64,000 nt of DNA from Octopus sinensis. Its lineage: Eukaryota. Positions 63,650 through 64,000 of this stretch are shown piece by piece. Within the stretch, counting starts at the first letter, position 1. The number at the start of each line of letters is the position of its first letter. Below the pieces are notes generated by a model. That model was not told where the DNA came from. It saw only the letters and a program-made list of their open reading frames with translations, and ran no database searches. Where the stretch lies: the NCBI RefSeq assembly GCF_006345805.1, contig NC_043003.1, positions 101,494,001 to 101,558,000 of the forward strand. Reading direction: 5' to 3'. A program made the translations under genes and the position numbers.

Positions 63650-63744
63650 TATATACCCTTGTTATATTAATATTTTCATTTGTTTACTTTTATTCTTTTC
63701 AGGTGATAGATACAATGAAATATATCTCAAACTCAACCTTTTAA
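24011..63744 (+). CDS. EIF3L: Eukaryotic translation initiation factor 3 subunit L; complete 19-exon gene, 1647 nt CDS, 548 aa
   Basis: All 18 introns are GT-AG with consistent phases. Hallmark eIF3L peptides: [96 protein letters not shown] and [22 protein letters not shown]. Confidence 0.97.
25429..25593. mobile_element. 165-bp palindromic MITE-like element inserted in a SINE
   Basis: TIRs GGTACTACTTGAGAACAGTGGTCCCGGTGCACG / CGCGCACCGGGACCACTGTTCGCTAGTAGTACC. It interrupts the SINE motif AAGGCTA...CCCAAGGTGCC. Confidence 0.85.
26025..26064 (+). CDS. EIF3L: EIF3L exon 2 ([13 protein letters not shown])
   Basis: ttttacag / gtaagg, 40 nt, phase 0/1. The D/Y-rich N-terminus is typical of eIF3L. 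Confidence 0.8.
28942..29098 (+). CDS. EIF3L: EIF3L exon 3 (GEVYQDQDY...[31 protein letters not shown])
   Basis: ttttcctag / gtaagt, 157 nt, phase 1/2. Confidence 0.93.
29682..30877 (+). mobile_element. Non-autonomous piggyBac derivative (subfamily B), TTAA TSD, inserted in a short retroposon
   Basis: TTAA|CCCTTTCAATAC ... GTAACGAAAGGG|TTAA. Homologous (inverted) to 62258-63049. Confidence 0.9.
30990..32048 (-). mobile_element. Internally deleted piggyBac (subfamily A) retaining the transposase N-terminus, TTAA TSD
   Basis: TTAA|CCCTTTCGTTAC ... GTATCGAAAGGG|TTAA. ORF 31285-31779 has an acidic N-terminus, [20 protein letters not shown] and [18 protein letters not shown]. Confidence 0.93.
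32205..33320 (-). mobile_element. 5'-truncated RTE-clade LINE (RT C-terminus, 3' UTR, (GAT)n tail)
   Basis: [20 protein letters not shown] and [11 protein letters not shown]. The 3' end reads CATGCTAGCATGGACAATGGATGTTAAAT(GAT)n on the minus strand. Confidence 0.85.
33532..33608 (+). CDS. EIF3L: EIF3L exon 4 ([25 protein letters not shown])
   Basis: ttttacag / gtaagt, 77 nt, phase 2/1. Confidence 0.95.
33644..35708 (-). mobile_element. Decayed piggyBac transposon with TTAA TSDs, filling most of EIF3L intron 4; contains a nested (GAT)n-tailed retroposon (~34604-34797)
   Basis: [39 protein letters not shown] and a C-terminal Cys-rich RCSLC..C..C..VCQEH. Subterminal palindrome TGGGTCCAWTGGACCCA at both ends. 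TTAA at 33640 and 35709. Confidence 0.95.
35787..35848 (+). CDS. EIF3L: EIF3L exon 5 ([21 protein letters not shown])
   Basis: tttacag / gtaagt, 62 nt, phase 1/0. Confidence 0.96.
36372..36441 (+). CDS. EIF3L: EIF3L exon 6 ([23 protein letters not shown])
   Basis: ttgcag / gtgagt, 70 nt, phase 0/1. Confidence 0.96.
37259..37332 (+). CDS. EIF3L: EIF3L exon 7 ([25 protein letters not shown])
   Basis: tctctag / gtaggc, 74 nt, phase 1/0. Confidence 0.97.
38492..38770 (+). mobile_element. tRNA-derived SINE (representative copy; other heads at ~26193, ~26555, ~43960 and ~60583)
   Basis: A-box-like TGGCTTAGTGCTTAG and B-box-like CATTCGATTCC, followed by a repeated body. Confidence 0.6.
40291..40371 (+). 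CDS. EIF3L: EIF3L exon 8 ([27 protein letters not shown])
   Basis: cccttacag / gttagc, 81 nt, phase 0/0. Confidence 0.95.
40518..40608 (+). CDS. EIF3L: EIF3L exon 9 ([30 protein letters not shown])
   Basis: ttgtag / gtaagt, 91 nt, phase 0/1. Confidence 0.97.
41219..41937 (-). mobile_element. Second deletion derivative of piggyBac subfamily A, TTAA TSD
   Basis: TTAA|CCCATTCATTAC ... GTAACAAAAGGG|TTAA. Collinear with 30990-32048 but with different internal deletions. Confidence 0.92.
42655..42809 (+). CDS. EIF3L: EIF3L exon 10 ([52 protein letters not shown])
   Basis: ttccag / gtaagt, 155 nt, phase 1/0. Confidence 0.97.
43273..43580. mobile_element. Old TTAA-type MITE (related remnants at ~37820-38000 and ~44985-45035)
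   Basis: CCTTTTGATACC..GAGACTGCCCCTGGTT ... GTAACAAAAAGG|TTAA, with shared internal sequence at 37820-38000. Confidence 0.6.
43734..43904 (+). CDS. EIF3L: EIF3L exon 11 ([57 protein letters not shown])
   Basis: ctttcag / gtatgg, 171 nt, phase 0/0. Confidence 0.97.
44760..44893 (+). CDS. EIF3L: EIF3L exon 12 ([45 protein letters not shown])
   Basis: ctttacag / gtgagt, 134 nt, phase 0/2. Confidence 0.97.
45236..45335 (+). CDS. EIF3L: EIF3L exon 13 ([33 protein letters not shown])
   Basis: tttatttgaag (AAG acceptor) / gtatct, 100 nt, phase 2/0. Conserved ACPKFLSP. Confidence 0.93.
46541..46614 (+). CDS. EIF3L: EIF3L exon 14 ([25 protein letters not shown])
   Basis: ttttttcag / gtaatt, 74 nt, phase 0/2. 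Confidence 0.96.
47577..47634 (+). CDS. EIF3L: EIF3L exon 15 ([19 protein letters not shown])
   Basis: ttttttcag / gtaagt, 58 nt, phase 2/0. Confidence 0.96.
48126..49291 (-). mobile_element. Near-identical partial duplicate of the intron-4 piggyBac (33644-34799), including its nested retroposon; one TIR only
   Basis: ORF 48637-49053 is identical to ORF 34154-34570. It starts ATAA|CCCTTGG and ends in the (GAT)n tail. Confidence 0.96.
49600..50420 (+). mobile_element. Helitron PIF1-like helicase C-terminal fragment, interrupted by a 148-bp insert (49728-49875)
   Basis: VILSPKN...INEKVLNI | insert | ...[44 protein letters not shown]...TINKAQGQ...[13 protein letters not shown]. Confidence 0.9.
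51740..51778 (+). CDS. EIF3L: EIF3L exon 16 ([13 protein letters not shown])
   Basis: cctctttcag / gtgaga, 39 nt, phase 0/0. Confidence 0.93.
52151..56789 (+). mobile_element. Near full-length decayed CR1-group LINE: PHD-like ORF1, APE-RT ORF2, (ATT)n tail
   Basis: ORF1 CHLC...WVDCSKC....CFQC...[11 protein letters not shown]2 [66 protein letters not shown] and YADDIK. Flanked by (CAT)n. The 5' boundary is uncertain (52151-52700). Confidence 0.93.
57079..58308 (-). mobile_element. Decayed full-length mariner in a (TA)n tract
   Basis: TIRs GGTCATCCCATAAATAATGCG / CACATCATTTATGGGATGACC. Motifs [22 protein letters not shown] and [17 protein letters not shown]. Confidence 0.92.
58365..58893 (+). 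mobile_element. RTE-type 3' UTR / (GAT)n-tailed retroposon copy with internal GGCACGTAAAA repeats
   Basis: The 3' part matches 34604-34797 (CACCCACTACACTCTC..GGAAGGGCATCCAGCTGTAGAA..CCAGCATGGAAA..GTTAAATGATGATGA). Confidence 0.8.
59164..59256 (+). CDS. EIF3L: EIF3L exon 17 ([31 protein letters not shown])
   Basis: tttgtag / gtatga, 93 nt, phase 0/0. Confidence 0.97.
60444..60524 (+). CDS. EIF3L: EIF3L exon 18 ([27 protein letters not shown])
   Basis: ttattag / gtaagt, 81 nt, phase 0/0. Confidence 0.97.
61600..62180 (+). mobile_element. Two tandem diverged copies of a Helitron/HINE-like non-autonomous element
   Basis: TTTGCTAAAA.CCTTCCTGA...CTGTAATCC...ATTGGTCCAGCT...CCATGAAGAGGG..AGACA.A..CG.ACATAA.GCCCATT.ATA.TA.GAT appears at ~61740-61872 and ~62050-62180. 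The classification is inferred from the end style. Confidence 0.5.
62258..63049 (-). mobile_element. Non-autonomous piggyBac derivative (subfamily B), TTAA TSD, inserted in a short retroposon
   Basis: TTAA|CCCTTTCGTTAC ... TTCGAAAGGG|TTAA. The flanks rejoin as GTGCCACA-TTAA-AAGCACCCAGT. Confidence 0.92.
63703..63744 (+). CDS. EIF3L: EIF3L exon 19, terminal ([13 protein letters not shown])
   Basis: Strong ttttattcttttcag acceptor, phase 0, TAA stop. Gives the expected total length. Candidate ATTAAA at 63914-63919. Confidence 0.82.
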   Translation: MIDTMKYISNSTF

Positions 63745-64000
63745 AATATGGTTTGTTGGATAAACTGCTATAAAGAGGAGATGTGCCTCTAATTTTACTG
63801 TGAATCCTCGAATTACATGAGCTGTTATTGAAGATCATAATCTTACATAATGTAATGTCATTTTCAATGTCAAAAAATTATGTAAAAATTGTTTAAAACT
63901 TACAAGTTTCTCCATTAAAATAGCATCTTATAACAATATTGTTCAATTTATTTTCTGGTTCACTTTCTTTTTTTTTTTATAGTCAGAAGGGATAAAGCAT

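Overview
AT-rich, repeat-dense eukaryotic DNA. The SINE tails, RTE/CR1/Penelope/mariner/piggyBac mix and microsatellite style resemble an octopus (coleoid cephalopod) genome; this is inferred from recall, not a search. Three spliced housekeeping genes were reconstructed by hand and are largely missed by the ORF track. (1) The last two coding exons of a NOL11 orthologue (+, 8056-9740). (2) A small ANAPC16 gene (-, 23748-12336), convergent on NOL11. (3) A complete 19-exon EIF3L gene (+, 24011-63744; 1647 nt, 548 aa), head-to-head with ANAPC16 across a 262-bp spacer carrying a TCT/TOP-like motif. The introns hold decayed RTE, CR1/L2, mariner, Helitron and piggyBac elements, MITEs and SINEs. The most notable non-coding signals are two type I hammerhead ribozyme motifs in Penelope-like termini (3255-3305 and 15935-16009, both minus strand, both with a GUA triplet and a U-U at the base of stem II), a two-step local templated copying of a piggyBac+retroposon segment (1.16 kb, then 148 bp) into Helitron remnants, long intronic inverted repeats (candidate ADAR substrates), a 3' tail shared by a LINE and SINEs, and a candidate intronic H/ACA RNA. 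Most ORFs in the supplied track are microsatellite or transposon artefacts.
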